DNA of 64,000 nucleotides, taken from contig OX597833.1 in assembly GCA_951406725.2 (NCBI GenBank), positions 14,446,001 through 14,510,000 on the forward strand. Reading direction: 5' to 3'. The stretch's first letter is position 1; each line of letters begins with the position of its first letter. Position numbers and translations under genes: made by a program. The notes under the pieces were generated by a model. It saw nothing but the letters and a program-made list of their open reading frames with translations. It was not told where the DNA came from and did no database searches. This stretch comes from Octopus vulgaris (lineage: Eukaryota). Shown here piece after piece: positions 13,010-26,839 of this stretch.

Positions 13010-13279
13010 CATTTTAATAGTTTCAGTATTAAAATGAAAGTGTCTGCATTACAATAGAGAGATGTTTTTGTTTCACTTTTAACACGTAATACTGAAATAG
13101 TGGAGAAGATATGATATTGCTCTGGGGTCACCCTAGGGAAAAAGTTAAGAATTTTTGGCCGATGACACTCCCCGGACCTTAAGTAAGGCATGTGTAAAAT
13201 TTGAATGAAATTGGTTGTGTAGTTCTCAAGTTTTAGGGAAACACACAGACATACACATTCTCAGTTTTAAATATATACA
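13010..13279 (-). mobile_element. Helitron-like 5' fragment (third family), directly after the CTAG of 13280-13579
   Basis: Minus strand TATATTTAAAACTGAGAATGTGTATGTCTGTGTG...CAACCAATTTCATTCAAATTTTACACA parallels the 5' region of H1. Confidence 0.5.
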
Positions 13280-13579
13280 CTAGCAGTATTGCCCGGCGTT
13301 GCTCGGGTTTGTAAGGGAAATAACTATATAAGCATTTTTAGAGAGTTACTTCCCTTATATAAACCGAGCAAAAATGCATTAATAATGCGGAAAAATGATG
13401 GTAAATATTTTTTTTAATCGTAGACTCATCGTAGACGCGCGCTAATACCCAGAAGGGCTCGATATGAATCACGACTATAAGATACCCGCTTTTGGTTAAA
13501 CTGCACCGCAAAATGTGGGAGTAGTTAGGAATCTAAATCGGAGTAGACAGACACACAACTTCACTTTTATATATAAAGA
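13280..13579 (-). mobile_element. Non-autonomous Helitron, family H2
   Basis: Minus strand TCTTTATATATAAAAGTGAAG...CCCGAGCAACGCCGGGCAATACTGCTAG; homologous to 48168-48552 and 53169-53567. Confidence 0.85.
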
Positions 13580-13941
13580 TATAGATATATGGTTGTGTCT
13601 ATATAAATGGCTATGTGTGTTTAATGAGTGTTCATCTATTTACATATGTCAGGTTGTTCTGAATATGTTTCGGTGTGTATGTCCGTGTGTACATGCGTAT
13701 AAGGACGAAGCTTATTACGACGATGATAATGGTAGCTATGCTTCTAATAAAAGTAAAGTTAATAGCCATATGACGATAATAATGCGGGCTTGGAAAGTGT
13801 TGACGACAACAATATATGAGTTTATTAATGATGAGAAGATGGCTGACGTTGATGTCGCGGATGATTACGAGGATATAAAATATGCCAACCAAAATGTATC
13901 ATTGAAAGTCGAAGAAAGAAATGGTAAAGTCGAAGTAGAAC

Positions 13942-14098
13942 GATGATGATGATGATGATGACGATGATGATGATGATGATGATGATGATAATAATAATAA
14001 TAACAATAATAACAACAACGACATATACATCAGCGATGATAAGAACAACAACAATGATAGTAATAATAATAATGATGACGATGACGATGACAATGATG

Positions 14099-14168
<70 letters not shown>

Positions 14169-14221
14169 TGATGATGATGATGATAATAATAATAATAATA
14201 GTAATAATAATAACAATAATA

Positions 14222-14262
<41 letters not shown>

Positions 14263-14341
14263 AAAAACAACAACAACAACAACAATAATAATAATAATAA
14301 TAGTAATAGTAATAATGGTAATAATAATAATAATAATAATA

Positions 14342-14372
<31 letters not shown>

Positions 14373-14446
14373 TAGTAATAGTAATAATTGTAATAATAAT
14401 AATAATAATAATAATAGTAATAATAATAATAATAGTAATAGTAATA

Positions 14447-14521
<75 letters not shown>

Positions 14522-14623
14522 GTAATAATAATAATAATAATAATAATAGTAATAGTAATAATTGTAATAATAATAATAATAATAATAATAGTAATAATAA
14601 TAATAATAGTAATAGTAATAATT

Positions 14624-14683
<60 letters not shown>

Positions 14684-14685
14684 GT
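13942..14685. repeat. Long (GAT)n/(AAT)n compound microsatellite with higher-order variant blocks
   Basis: Direct reading; AATAGTAATAGTAATAAT(T/G)GT recurs several times. Confidence 0.95.
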
Positions 14686-15360
14686 GATTATTTTCGAATA
14701 AGCAACTATACTGTGGCAATTTACAATCAACAAAGACAGCTAGATTAGATCTAATTGATAATGACAGAAATACTAATGTTTCTGGCAAATAACGGCCACC
14801 TTGATATCCGGGGAATGTCGTACTTTATCAGTGAGAAGATATGGCGTCTTTGCTGCCAAAAGAATTCGGACATGTTCTTTTGATGGTGAGGGGGAATTTG
14901 ATACTGGAATCAATATTTGGGAAGCGAAAGTACTGTTGCGCAAGGATACGTCTAAGAATAGAAACATGGGAACAGGTGTGGATGTGTAGGGGTTTATTCT
15001 TGGTCATGCAGAAACGTTCGATTGGCGGCGTGGTAAGAAGGACGCTTCTACACTTTGAGGTCTTGGGTTCAGTCCCACCATGCGGCACTTTGTGCAAATT
15101 TATTCCAATTTAGACCCCTTTCGATTAGATCATTTTGAGTTAATTTTCGAGACAGAACCTGAAATAAATGTACCGTATATACATACAAATATACATACAT
15201 ACATACATACATACATACATACATACATAAATACATACATACATACATACATACATACATACATACATACATTCATACATATATACATACATTCATACAT
15301 ACATACATACATACATACATACATACATTTATAAACTATGAAACAATTAGTAGCGCTTTG

Positions 15361-15450
<90 letters not shown>

Positions 15451-15462
15451 ATATGTATATAT

Positions 15463-15767
15463 AGGCGCAGGAGTAAGTTGCTTGCTTGCCAACCACATGG
15501 TTTCGGGTTCAGTCCCATGCGTGGCACCTTGGGCAAGTGTCTTCTACTATATCTACTAAAGCCTTAACTTCTGTCTACGAAATTCAATTGCAAGGTTTTG
15601 GTCGCTTGAGGCTATAGTAGAAGACACTTGCCTAAGGTGCCACGCAGTAGGACTGAACGCAACCCACGGTCATATGTTTGGGAAGTAAGCTTTTTTCCAC
15701 ACAGCCACGCCTGCACCTATATATACATATTACACACATACATAATATATATATATGTATATGTGTA

Positions 15768-15838
<71 letters not shown>

Positions 15839-15852
15839 GACTGAACCCGGAA

Positions 15853-15903
<51 letters not shown>

Positions 15904-15974
15904 TATATACATATAGGCACAGGAGTGACTGTGTGGTAAGTAGCTTGCTTGCCAACCACATGCTTCCGGGTTCA
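15463..15974. mobile_element. Cluster of SINE A 5' fragments in opposite orientations
   Basis: + head 15463-15552, - head about 15570-15718, - fragment 15838-15857, + head 15914-15974. Confidence 0.75.
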
Positions 15975-16090
15975 CATATATATATATATATATATATGTA
16001 TGTAGTGAAGGCGCATGGCTCAGTGGTTAGAGCGTCGATTCTCATGTTGTGAGTTCGAATCTATTTGTACTTACCACACAGCCTCTCCTG

Positions 16091-16209
<119 letters not shown>

Positions 16210-16267
16210 TTGAAATTTACTTTTCTGTTATTGTAATATTACCCCGAAATTTCACTCCACCATCCAA

Positions 16268-16405
16268 CTGGTACTTAATTTATCGACTCCGAAAGGATGA
16301 AAAGCAAAGTCGACCTCGGTGGAATTTGAACTCAGAACGTAATGGCAGACGAAATACTGCCAGGCATTTCTCCCGGCGTACTAACTTTCTGCCAGCGCAC
16401 CGCCT
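16268..16405 (-). mobile_element. SINE B, 5' portion
   Basis: AACTGGTACTTAATTTATCGAC...GGAATTTGAACTCAGAACG. Confidence 0.8.
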
Positions 16406-16832
16406 TCGTAAGAGATAAATATTATTAATGTACACTGCATAGGGTTACGAGCTAATAATAGTTTCATGTATTGGAGATGTAGTCTAGGCAAATTTTAATG
16501 ATGTCTTTTGTGTCTCCCAGCAATCTCCAGACTCTGGCTCATGAGGTTTTCTTAGTATCCCACCACCGTTTGAGAACCGGTGTTGGTTTCTTTATGACCA
16601 GATGATTGAACGGATCGGCACACTAGGCACCTAAAATAAATGACAGACTCAAGAAATAAGTAATGGAGGCAATTTATTCGACTAAAGACTTTAAGGCGAA
16701 GCTCCAGTATGGCCGTAGTGCAATGATTGAAACAAGTGAAAAAGAAATAATACTAATGAGACAAACATGAGATATTTGAAACAATCCTATCTTAAGCAAT
16801 ATCATAGATTAGTTTATAGTATAACAGTTCGG

Positions 16833-17250
16833 AGGGCGGCGAGCTGGCAGAAACGTTAGCACACCGGGCGAAATGCGTAGCGGTATTTCGTCTGCCGTTA
16901 CGTTCTGAGTTCAAATACCGCCGAGGTGGACTTAGCCTTTCATCCTTTCGGGGTCGATAAATGAAATACCAGTTTACGCACTGGAGTTCATGTAATCGAC
17001 TCAATCCGTTTGTCTGTCCTTGTTTGTCCTCTCTGTGTATAACCCCTTGTAGGTAGTAAAGAAATAGGTATTTCGTCTGCCGTTACGTTCTGAGTTCAAA
17101 TTCCGCCAAAGTCGACTTTGCCTTTCATCCTTTCGGGGTCGATAAATGAAATACCAGTTACTCACTGGTGTTCATGTAATCGACTTAATCCGTTTGTCTG
17201 TCCTTGTTTGTCCCCTCTGTGTTTAGTCCTTTGTGGACAATAAAGAAATA
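16833..17250 (+). mobile_element. SINE B dimer with target-site duplication
   Basis: Full unit plus a second unit starting at GGTATTTCG (about 17067); flanks GTATAACAGTTCGG / GTATAACAGATCGG. Confidence 0.85.
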
Positions 17251-17991
17251 GGTATAACAGATCGGTATAGAGTAGTACAGGATTATATACGTGTTGAGCG
17301 ATTTCTTGTACGAATGTACATTCTGATCAAATAGAATTCTGGAGTTAAGTATATTATATTTCACTACAAAAGAGAGAGGTCACAATATGAAGGAAACGAG
17401 CTACAGCCATGTTAAATTCTGATATAAAAAAGAGATATTTCACATAGCGAACGAAGGAAAATAAAAGAAATGATAATAGATTCACAAAAATACGTTTAAT
17501 GTTGATGTTTAAAGGTTGTATTTGACCATTGTACCTAAACAATGATTGAATACGCCTGTAAGCTCTTGAACGCTTATAAATAATCAATATGTAGGCTTTA
17601 AGTAATGGGTTAACGTTACATTCCGTTCGCTCAAAGAGACGTATTTGAACAAAACCCATAAAAAGTCTATTGGGGATTACGCGGTAATACATGAGCGTAG
17701 TTATGATACCGACTAAAGAATACTGGACACATTTTGTTTGCGGATTTTTATTTAATATTAACGAAAAATATGCAACTAATGATAATAGTTTTTATTTTTT
17801 ATCTTTTATTTTCTGAGTCCTTGAACGGAGCAATGCCGGTAGATGTGCTTCAGGGATTCATTCGCACGAGTTGCTTCCAGTACTAATTTTAGTCGAAATT
17901 TGATGTTTATTCTATAGTGTTGATTTGCCGATATGTTACAAAGAGTTTAAGGTAATCAACATCGGTTATCAAGCGATTGAGAAACAAACAG

Positions 17992-18061
<70 letters not shown>

Positions 18062-18149
18062 GTCTATCTATATGTTTGACTGCCTGTCCGAGAAAAGCAC
18101 ACGCACACACACAGACACAAACACGCCCCCACACACGCATATACCTCCT

Positions 18150-18529
18150 GGAAGCACTCCGTCGGTTACGACGACGAGGGTTCCGGTTGATCCGATCAAT
18201 GGAACAGCCTGCTCGTGAAATTAACGTGTAAGTGGCTGAGCACTCCCACAGACACGTGTACCCTTAACGTAGTTCTCGGGGATATTCACGTGACACAGAG
18301 AGTGACAAGGCCGGCCCTTTGAAATACAGGTACAACAGAAACAGGAAGTAAGAGTGAGCGAAAGTTGTGGTGAAAGAGTACAGCAGGGATCACCACCAAC
18401 CCTGCCGGAGCCTCGCGGAGCTTTAGGTGTTTTTGCTCAATAAACACTCACAACGCCCGGTCTGGGAATCGAAACTGCGATCCTACGACCGCGAGTCCGC
18501 TGCCCTAACCACTGGGCCATTGCGCTTCC
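18150..18529 (-). mobile_element. tRNA-derived SINE family C, full length
   Basis: Minus head GCGCAATGGCCCAGTGGTTAGGGCAGCGGACTCGCGGTC...GTTTCGATTCCC; 9-bp TSD ATACCTCCT; near-identical to 38292-38680. Confidence 0.9.
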
Positions 18530-19076
18530 ATACCTCCTACGTAAGCACAGACACACATACGCATACACCCCCGCACACGCATGTATAGATAGACAGATCT
18601 GAGTCTATAGGCGTCTGTATAGACATGTGAGGTTCGTCTCCGTGTACAGGTTTCTCTACGTGTGTCTGGGATTGTGGACGTCTGTGTTTGTTTCTGTATG
18701 TCGGAGTTTGGTCACGTGTGTAAAGAAAAATGGTGATTACTGAATATACACTGTACATTGTTAATTTATTGAAATTGCCGCTCAGATGGAGATGGAAAAT
18801 ACATCTCCATTCCAACCGCAATTGTTATCGAATTTCGAACAAAATAACGCAGCATTTCCAGAAATTTAGAAGCAAACACCGGACTTAATTTCTATGCTTC
18901 GAGAAAGGTCAGACTACACTTCCAGGCATGTAACTATTTTCCATATGAGGCTAAGTCAATTCGCTTTATCAGAAATTTACTCTTCAACCGAGGCTGACCA
19001 TGTGTAAATGAATTATCGATCTCTATACTTGACTCAGTCCGTCTGTCTATCTGTCTGTCTCTCTCCCCCTCTTTCG

Positions 19077-19188
<112 letters not shown>

Positions 19189-19207
19189 ATATATATATAT
19201 ATATGAA

Positions 19208-19350
19208 TCGGTGTGTGGCAAGTAATTTGCTTACCAACCACATGCTTCCGGGTTCAGTCCCACTGCGTGGCAACTTGGGCGACCAAAGCCTTGTGCGTGG
19301 ATTTGGGAGAGGAAAACTGAAAGAAACCCGTCGTATATATGTATATATGT

Positions 19351-19398
<48 letters not shown>

Positions 19399-19588
19399 TG
19401 TGTGTGTGTTAGTGTATCTGTGTTTGTCCCCGCAACATCGCTTGACAACCGATGCTGGTATGTTTACATCCCCGTAACTTAGCTGTTCGTCAAAAGATGC
19501 CGATATAATAAGTACCAGGCTTACCAAAGGCGGTGCTCCAGCATAGCCGCAGTCAAATGACTAAGACAAGTAAAAGAGTAAAAAGAGA
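19208..19588 (+). mobile_element. SINE A with internal deletions
   Basis: Head, middle and tail blocks match the other copies. Confidence 0.85.
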
Positions 19589-19591
19589 AAG

Positions 19592-19653
<62 letters not shown>

Positions 19654-19659
19654 TATATA

Positions 19660-19886
19660 AGAGGGGCTGCTACGATGTTCCTGGCTTTAAGGTGACCTTA
19701 AGGGTTTTGCGTAAGGCCCGCGTGAAGGCATAAGTTTCCGAGATCTTTTTCTAGTTCTTAGAAAAGCGAAAGGAGCGCTGCAATAAGTGTGTGAATCTCG
19801 GCGGGAATAATATTGAATAAAATCGTATCTGACCCCCGTCCCGCATTTTCGTTTACCAAAAGATAGGGGAACTCTTCAGCAACCCC
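19660..19886 (+). mobile_element. Internally deleted mariner (MITE-like)
   Basis: Degenerate TIRs GAGGGGCTGCTACGATGTTCCTGGCTTT / AAAGATAGGGAACTCTTCAGCAACCCC; internal FLEKRKERCNKCVNLGGNNIE* resembles a mariner C-terminus. Confidence 0.6.
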
Positions 19887-20029
19887 ACCGGTGTGTGTGT
19901 GCGCGCGTACACACATACACACTGATATACCCACACTCACACACACACAAACACCCACACACACTCATACACACATATGCACACGCACGCACACACACAC
20001 ACGACCATGTATGCGTGCTGTGTTCAGTC

Positions 20030-20682
20030 AAATGGTTGGGCGATAGTTTGGTTACTTATTTACTCTATCCATCAGGTCGCAACGATAAGAGCCTAGCATT
20101 CAGAATACAGACCATCGTGTTGCACCGTCTGAAGGCACACTTGTACCAGTTCTTTGACCCCTTTCTGATACGAGTTCTTGAACTACTTCACTGAAACCCC
20201 TATACCCTCTTGGTTGATGAAGCGTCTGGAGCGCAAGGAATGAACATTGTAGGACACAAGTAATAGTCAGGTAAATCCAGGTATGCGATAAGAAACAATG
20301 ACGCGATTTACACACATTTTTCTCATATCGAAGCGATATTTCAGTGTCTCTAAGCCACGTACAAGGACACGGCATATTTGGCCTCTATATATATTAAGGC
20401 GGCGAGCTGGCAGAATCGGTAGCACGTCGTGCGAAATGCGTAGCCGTATATCGTCTGCCACTAGGTTCTGAGTTCAAATTCCGCTGAGGTCGACTTTGCC
20501 TTTCATCCTTTCGGGGTCGATAAATTAAATACCAGTTACGCACTGGGGATCGATGTAATCGATTTAATCCGTTTCTCTGTCGTTGTTTGTGCCGCCCCTT
20601 GTGGGTAATAAAGAAATAGGTACGTTGAGCCTCTAACCAGGCTTTCGTGATACCCTTAAAGTCAGGAACTTTTCAGCATCTT
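20030..20682 (-). mobile_element. Decayed mariner remnant, interrupted by SINE B (20396-20621, +)
   Basis: TIR at about 20654-20683 related to the 19660 TIR; minus-strand peptides ETLKYRFDMRKMCVNRV (compare LxMRKVCARWVP) and YQKGVKEL..WYKC. Confidence 0.5.
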
Positions 20683-21437
20683 CAGGGTGATTCCAAAGTT
20701 GCTATACATAGGAACAATTTATTTTTTTTATAAGAAACAGTTTGTAACAACATTTTCTAAAATTCATTTAACCGGCTCCATATGGCTACCCTTGTTTTGA
20801 ATAGACATTGCAATACGTAAATCCCTACTCATTGTGAACTCGTAATTGCACATCTCTCTCTCTATATATATAAACGGCAAAATGTCTGTCTGTCTGTGTG
20901 TGTATCCTTTATACAAATCCACAATTCTTCAGTTAGAGGGCTCGCACTTTCTATGGTCATTCAAAACCGTCCAAGGGTGGTCGTACACATCTTCACATTT
21001 CCCCAGTCACCCTGCAAAGCCATTAAAAAAATCAATAGAAGTGAATTTTTGTGAATTTTCTATCCCAAACCCAATCAAAATGCCCGAAACTTGATACGCC
21101 AATTGAATGCCAGATAGCTGTATGTGATTGGTCGGAGATTTGGACAGTACTCGCGTGTATGTGCGCACGCACGCAGCTGTATATGCATGCACTAGCACTA
21201 TGACCCGGTGTCGCCGGGTCATAGTGCTAGTCTGGTGATAATTGTGCAAATGAGTTGCTGATGCATTCCTTCAAATGATTTATGTCTTTTATCTTTCTGC
21301 GATACACCATGCCCTTCAAATGCCCCCAAAGATAAAAATCAAGAGGAGTCAGTTCAGAGCATCTAGGGGCTCTTATAAACTGGTTCTTATTAAAAAAATA
21401 ATGTTTTCCTATATATGGAGACTTTTGAATCACCTTG
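20683..21437 (-). mobile_element. Internally deleted Tc1/mariner-superfamily element carrying a nested Helitron
   Basis: TIRs CAGGGTGATTCCAAAGT / ACTTTTGAATCACCTTG-TA. Transposase C-terminus PRCSELTPLDFYLWGHLKGMVY...FAQLSPD continues across the Helitron as VQLRVHNE*GLRIAMSIQNKGSHMEP. Confidence 0.8.
20853..21230 (+). mobile_element. Non-autonomous Helitron nested in the Tc1/mariner element
   Basis: A^TC...CTAG^T with no TSD; removing it restores the transposase frame; terminal hairpin 21191-21231. Confidence 0.85.
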
Positions 21438-21951
21438 TACTCGAACCGCCTATCAAACTTTATATCTCATCTCCTGTCCAAATATCGTGATCCTCACAGT
21501 TTCTATTGATTTCTATCATGCAATAACCTGGATGAAATTTCCGCCATATTTTATTTCATCTTACATTCTACATTACGTACACAACATATACGATCGCCCA
21601 CTAATTTTTGTTTCTTTTTTAACCTTTCAAATATATGCCTTCATATCGTTTTGCTTCTTCGACTCATTTGGCACAGTGATATAATTCATATATTTTCCTT
21701 CTCTCTCTCTCTTTTGTCGAAGAAGACAATGATTCAAAGCATATTTCGCTTTTCTTTCTTAGCGTAAACATATCCTATTGTTTGATCTATATATAATGAA
21801 ATGGATTGAAATCTATGCCAACATAATTTCTCGTGTGCGTTGTTTTCTTTATTCCAAAGGAAACAGAATCCAATAAGTAAATGTCTGTATACATGCTCAG
21901 ACATTCATACATACGTACATACATAATAGTACATACATACATGTATATACT

Positions 21952-22000
<49 letters not shown>

Positions 22001-22073
22001 GTGTGTATACAAACATATACTCATAAATACATTCTAAGACATTCATACATATGTACATACATATTACGTACAA

Positions 22074-22470
22074 GGCGTAGGAATGGCTGTGTGGTAAGCA
22101 GCTTGCTTACCAACCACATGATTTCAGGTTCAGTCCCACTGCGTGGCACATGGGGCAAGTGTCTTTACCTATAGCTTCGGGCCGACCAAAGCCTTGTGAG
22201 TGGTTTTGGCAGACGGAAATTGAAAGAAGCCCGTCGTATATATGTATATATGTATGTGTGTGTATATGTTTGTGTGTCTGTGTTTGTTCTCCCAACATCG
22301 CCTGACAACCGATGCTGGTGTGTTTAGGGCCCCGTAACTTAGCGGTTCGGCAAAAGAGACCGATAGAAGAAGTACCAGGCTTCCAAAGAATAAGTCCTGG
22401 GGTCGATTTGCTCGACTAAAGGCGGCGCTCCAGCATGGCCACAGTCAAATGACTGAAACAAGTAAAAGAG
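22074..22470 (+). mobile_element. SINE A, full length
   Basis: Colinear with 5793-6191. Confidence 0.9.
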
Positions 22471-22550
22471 TGTCTGTATACGTATATATATACATACCTA
22501 TAGATATAAGTATGTATATGTATGTACAGACACTCACACACATATACATA

Positions 22551-23842
22551 CGAGGGACGTTCAATAAGTAATGCCCCTGACCCACTTGCAGTTGTTTGAT
22601 TTAGCTGAAATTTTGCATGTGCAATTATTTATATCTCTATAGATTAAGTGACAAATTACAGCTCTGCATTAATTGTGGTTTCCGATTTACAGGCGTTTGA
22701 ACTGAGTCAAGTGTGAAATGGAGCCTTTTGAGTGTCGAGCAGTGATCCGGTTTTTGTATTTGAAAGGACGCACACCACGGGAGACTTTTGATGAAATGAA
22801 AGTAACTTATGCTGATGATGCCCCTTCACATGACCTTGTAAAACGCTGGCATCGTGAATTCAAACATGGTCGGAACTCTGTGGAAACAGCTCCCAAATCT
22901 GGTCGCCCCCTTCTGCCATTGATGAGGCATCTGTCCGTCAATTTGAGGCTGCCATTTTGGAAGATCGACGCATAACTATTCGCCAAATACCCCATGAGGT
23001 CAAGAGTAGGACCGGGTCTGTGGAAACTATCATTCATGACCATTTGCATGTGCAAAAGGTGTCTGCCAGATGGATTCCCAGTTTGCTCACACCTTTCCAG
23101 AAGCAAGAACGCGTCGAGTGCTCGAGGATGAATTTGGAGATGTGCCAAGAAGATGAGTCAAAATTTTTCAAAAGACTGATTACACAGGATGAAATCTGGG
23201 TCCATCACTATGATCCAGAGATCAAAGCCCAGTCAATGCAGTGGAAGCACCGTGACTCACCCCCTCTAAAGAAGTCAAGGGTGCAGCCCTCCGCTGGCAA
23301 GGTCATGCTCACAGTCTTCTGGGACCAGGATGGAGTAGTAATGACAGATTTCCTGGCAAAGGGTACCACAATTACAGGAGCCTATTATGCTTCACTTCTG
23401 AGGAAATTAAGAGAAGCTATCAAAATCAAGAGGCGGAGCAAGATCAACAAAGGCATCCTCCTCCTGCAGGACAACGCTCCGGTCCACAACTCGCGTGTCG
23501 CCAGATCAGAAGCACAGGGGTGCGGCTATGAACTCATCCCCCATCCCCCTTACTCTCCTGACTCTGCACCCTCTGATTTTCACCTCTTTCCAGCCATGAA
23601 GTTGTTTTTGAAAGGAAAGCGTTTCCCAAATGATGCAGCATTGATTACTGAAGTCACGTCGTGGTTGGAGGACCAAGCTGGGGTCTTCTACAAAAATGGT
23701 CTCCAGAGCTGCATCAAACGATGGTAGAAATGCGTAACTCTAGATGGTTCCTATGTAGAAAAAGACTAATAACTGTGCCAAGTTTCGTTGCTCTACTGCT
23801 ATGGGAAGTGGGTCAGGGGCATTACTTATTGAACGCCCCTCG
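22551..23842 (+). mobile_element. Full-length mariner transposon (1292 bp)
   Basis: 37-bp TIRs CGAGGG(A/G)CGTTCAATAAGTAATGCCCCTGACCCACTT (22551-22587 / 23806-23842, one mismatch); TA on both sides. Confidence 0.97.
22718..23769 (+). pseudogene. Mariner DD34D transposase, disabled
   Basis: N-terminal HTH region (RAVIRFLYLKG...KSGRP), SARWIP, TQDE, QDNA and YSPDSAPSD with 34 residues between D2 and D3. Frameshift near 22905-22912; premature TAG at 23725-23727 before KCVTLDGSYVEKD*. Confidence 0.95.
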
Positions 23843-23881
23843 TACACACACACGCGCACACACACACCCACACACACACAC

Positions 23882-24403
<522 letters not shown>

Positions 24404-24416
24404 GTATACACACACT

Positions 24417-25097
24417 CATTTACTTGTTTCAGTCATTTGACTGCGGCCATGCTGGAGCACCACCCTTAATCGAGCAACTCGACCCCGGGACTTATTGTCT
24501 TGTAAGCCCAGTACTTATTCTATCGGTCTCTTTTGCCGAACCGCTAAGTAACGGGGACATAAACCAGCATCGGTTGTCAAGCAATGCTAGAGGGAGAAAC
24601 ACAGACACACAAACATATACACACACATATATATATATATATGCATATATACGACGGGCTTCTTTCAGTTTCCGTCTACCAAATTCACTCACAAGGCTTT
24701 GGTCGTCCCGAGGCTATAGTAGAAGATACCTGCCCAAGATGCCACGCAGTGGGACTGAACCCGGAACTACTTACCACACAGCCACTCCTACGCCTATAGC
24801 TACATACCTATTTCTTTATTACCCAGAAAGGGCTAAACATAGAGGGGACAAACAAGGACAGACAAACGGATTAAGTCGATTACATCGACCCCAGTGCGTA
24901 ACAGGTACTTAATTTATCGACCCCGAAAGGATGAAACGCACAGTCGACCTCGGCGGAATTTGAACTCAGAACGTAACGGCAGATGAAATACCGCTACGCA
25001 TTTCGCCAGGCGCGCTAACGTTTCTGTCAGCTCGCCAGTTGCATACCACACAACCACACCTGCGCCTATAGCTACTTACCACACAGCCACTCCTGCG

Positions 25098-25100
<3 letters not shown>
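24417..25100 (-). mobile_element. SINE A (24417-24798), SINE B (24806-25037) and duplicated SINE A head pieces
   Basis: Reverse-complement matches; the head ACCACACA(G/A)CCAC(T/A)CCT(G/A)CGCC occurs three times. Confidence 0.85.
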
Positions 25101-25137
<37 letters not shown>

Positions 25138-26006
25138 TATATAATTGATGCAACACAATTTTGTTCTCCCTCAAACCACAATAGTTTACGTGGTTTGTAC
25201 TTCAGACAAGAGAAAAATAGCAGTCAATAATCTGGTGATATCAAATGATTTGTCTATTATAAACACTTACGTATTCCATTGTAATATATTGTATTGAAAC
25301 ACTTTACTCGACGAGGTATCATATTAACTTGAATTAAATCGATTTATATAAATGCGTGGATATTGTATGAATATATATTCGTGAAAATGAAAGATGGCTA
25401 CAAATACATCTGAAGTAGAAAATAAAACAGACATGAATGTGAATTATCTTGTTGACGGTGCTATTATGTTAACTATTGAAATGCTACTAATTACTCAAGA
25501 GAATTTAAGATGGTGGCAAATAAAGATTAATCAACAGACAATAATTAAATTTTTCATATGATTTTCTTTTTGGCTCTGAAGTCTCATATGGCGATCTGTT
25601 GATCTTTGCTTCAAGTTATCGCCCACTTTTAACTTTCCAACTAACTTCACGTCTCGTTTTTAACGTGTTATCGAACTGTCTGTTTTCCACCTGTTCATCA
25701 ATACTTTATTTGATTACGTCTGATTACAACATTGGTTTTTATCAAATTTCTGTCTCGGCACCGTACGTTCTCTTCCCCATCACCATCTCTGCATATCGTC
25801 TGGTCAATTTTGTTTTCATGGAAAGATGGTAGCTTTATTCACATGCAGATAATTTTATTTTATTTTCCGTAAATTAATTGGGATGGTGGCGAATATCACT
25901 TTATTGTCAGTGTGATGCGTGAATGATATCATACAAGCTGACATGTTTTCGTCGTGTCAGAAGCTGTTATTACACAGTTTTGTTTGCTAATACCGTAGTA
26001 TAGCTA

Positions 26007-26243
26007 TACCTATTTCTTTACTACCCACAAGGGGCTTAACACAGAGGGGACAAACAAGGACAGACAAACGGATTAAGTCGATTATATCGACACCAGTGCG
26101 TAACTGGTACTTATTTAATCGACCCCGAAAGGATGGGACGCAAAGTCGACCTCGGCGGAATTTGAACTCAGGACGTAACGGCAGACGAAATACGGCTACG
26201 CACTTCGCCCGGCGTGCTAACGTTTCTGCCAGCTCGCCGCCTT
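26007..26243 (-). mobile_element. SINE B, full length
   Basis: TACCTATTTC...CAGCTCGCCGCCTT. Confidence 0.9.
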
Positions 26244-26254
26244 ACCTAGCGATG

Positions 26255-26500
26255 CTACTTGGCCTAGTGGTTAAGGCATTGTACTCACGATTGCGTGATG
26301 GTGGTTTCAATTGAAGCTCAGTGTAGTGCGTTGTGTTCTTGAGCCAATCACTTCAACCCACGTTGTTCCTCAATCACTTCGACACGCGATGTGTGGCTCT
26401 CCCGTTTAGGGAACGTCGATTTGATGGAGTGGAGTCAGCTAACGTACTGTACATACATTTGACCTCTCTATACAAATCATTTGTGCAGGTTGCCCTGCAA
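26255..26500 (+). mobile_element. Old tRNA-derived SINE (fourth family); related decayed copy about 59240-59466 on -
   Basis: TGGCCTAGTGGTTAAGGC A-box, GGTTTCAATT B-box-like, GTTGTGTTCTTGAG..CACTTCA, GCTAACGTAC..ATTTGACC; the same order of blocks on the minus strand at 59.3 kb. Confidence 0.55.
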
Positions 26501-26839
26501 CAAATTTCAAAACCATTTTACTCGCTCTATGAGAGACCACCATCATAAATATACGTACAATGGTAACACTGGAGCTTCTTTGGTTGGCATCAAATGCTGG
26601 AGTCATGGGGTTTGTGGGGGGACAGAATCATCAGAGTGTCGGAGAAAGTCCTGCAGCATTTTTCTTTTTTTTTTCTGGATCTTAACGTTTCGAGTTCACA
26701 TGTCACCGTGGTGAACTTTGATTATCATTCTTCCGGTATGTTTCAATAAATTACTAGTCAAGTACTGCTGCTGATATAAACAACTGTCACCTGAAGAACT
26801 GTCTACACTTCTGCCTATGTAAGAAATTTCTATAACTTC

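Noticed and set aside
13825-14788. 250-300 aa poly-I/Y/M ORFs
   Set aside because: (AAT)n/(GAT)n read-through.
14760-15000. Moderately GC-rich unique stretch as a possible host exon (also 36600-36860 and 44272-44544)
   Set aside because: No recognisable domain or convincing splice-site pair; RNA-seq would be needed to exclude small exons.
16008-16062. tRNA-like GGCGCATGGCTCAGTGGTTAGAGCG...GAGTTCGAATC, and the other tRNA-like heads
   Set aside because: No complete cloverleaf or acceptor stem; these are SINE heads, not tRNA genes.
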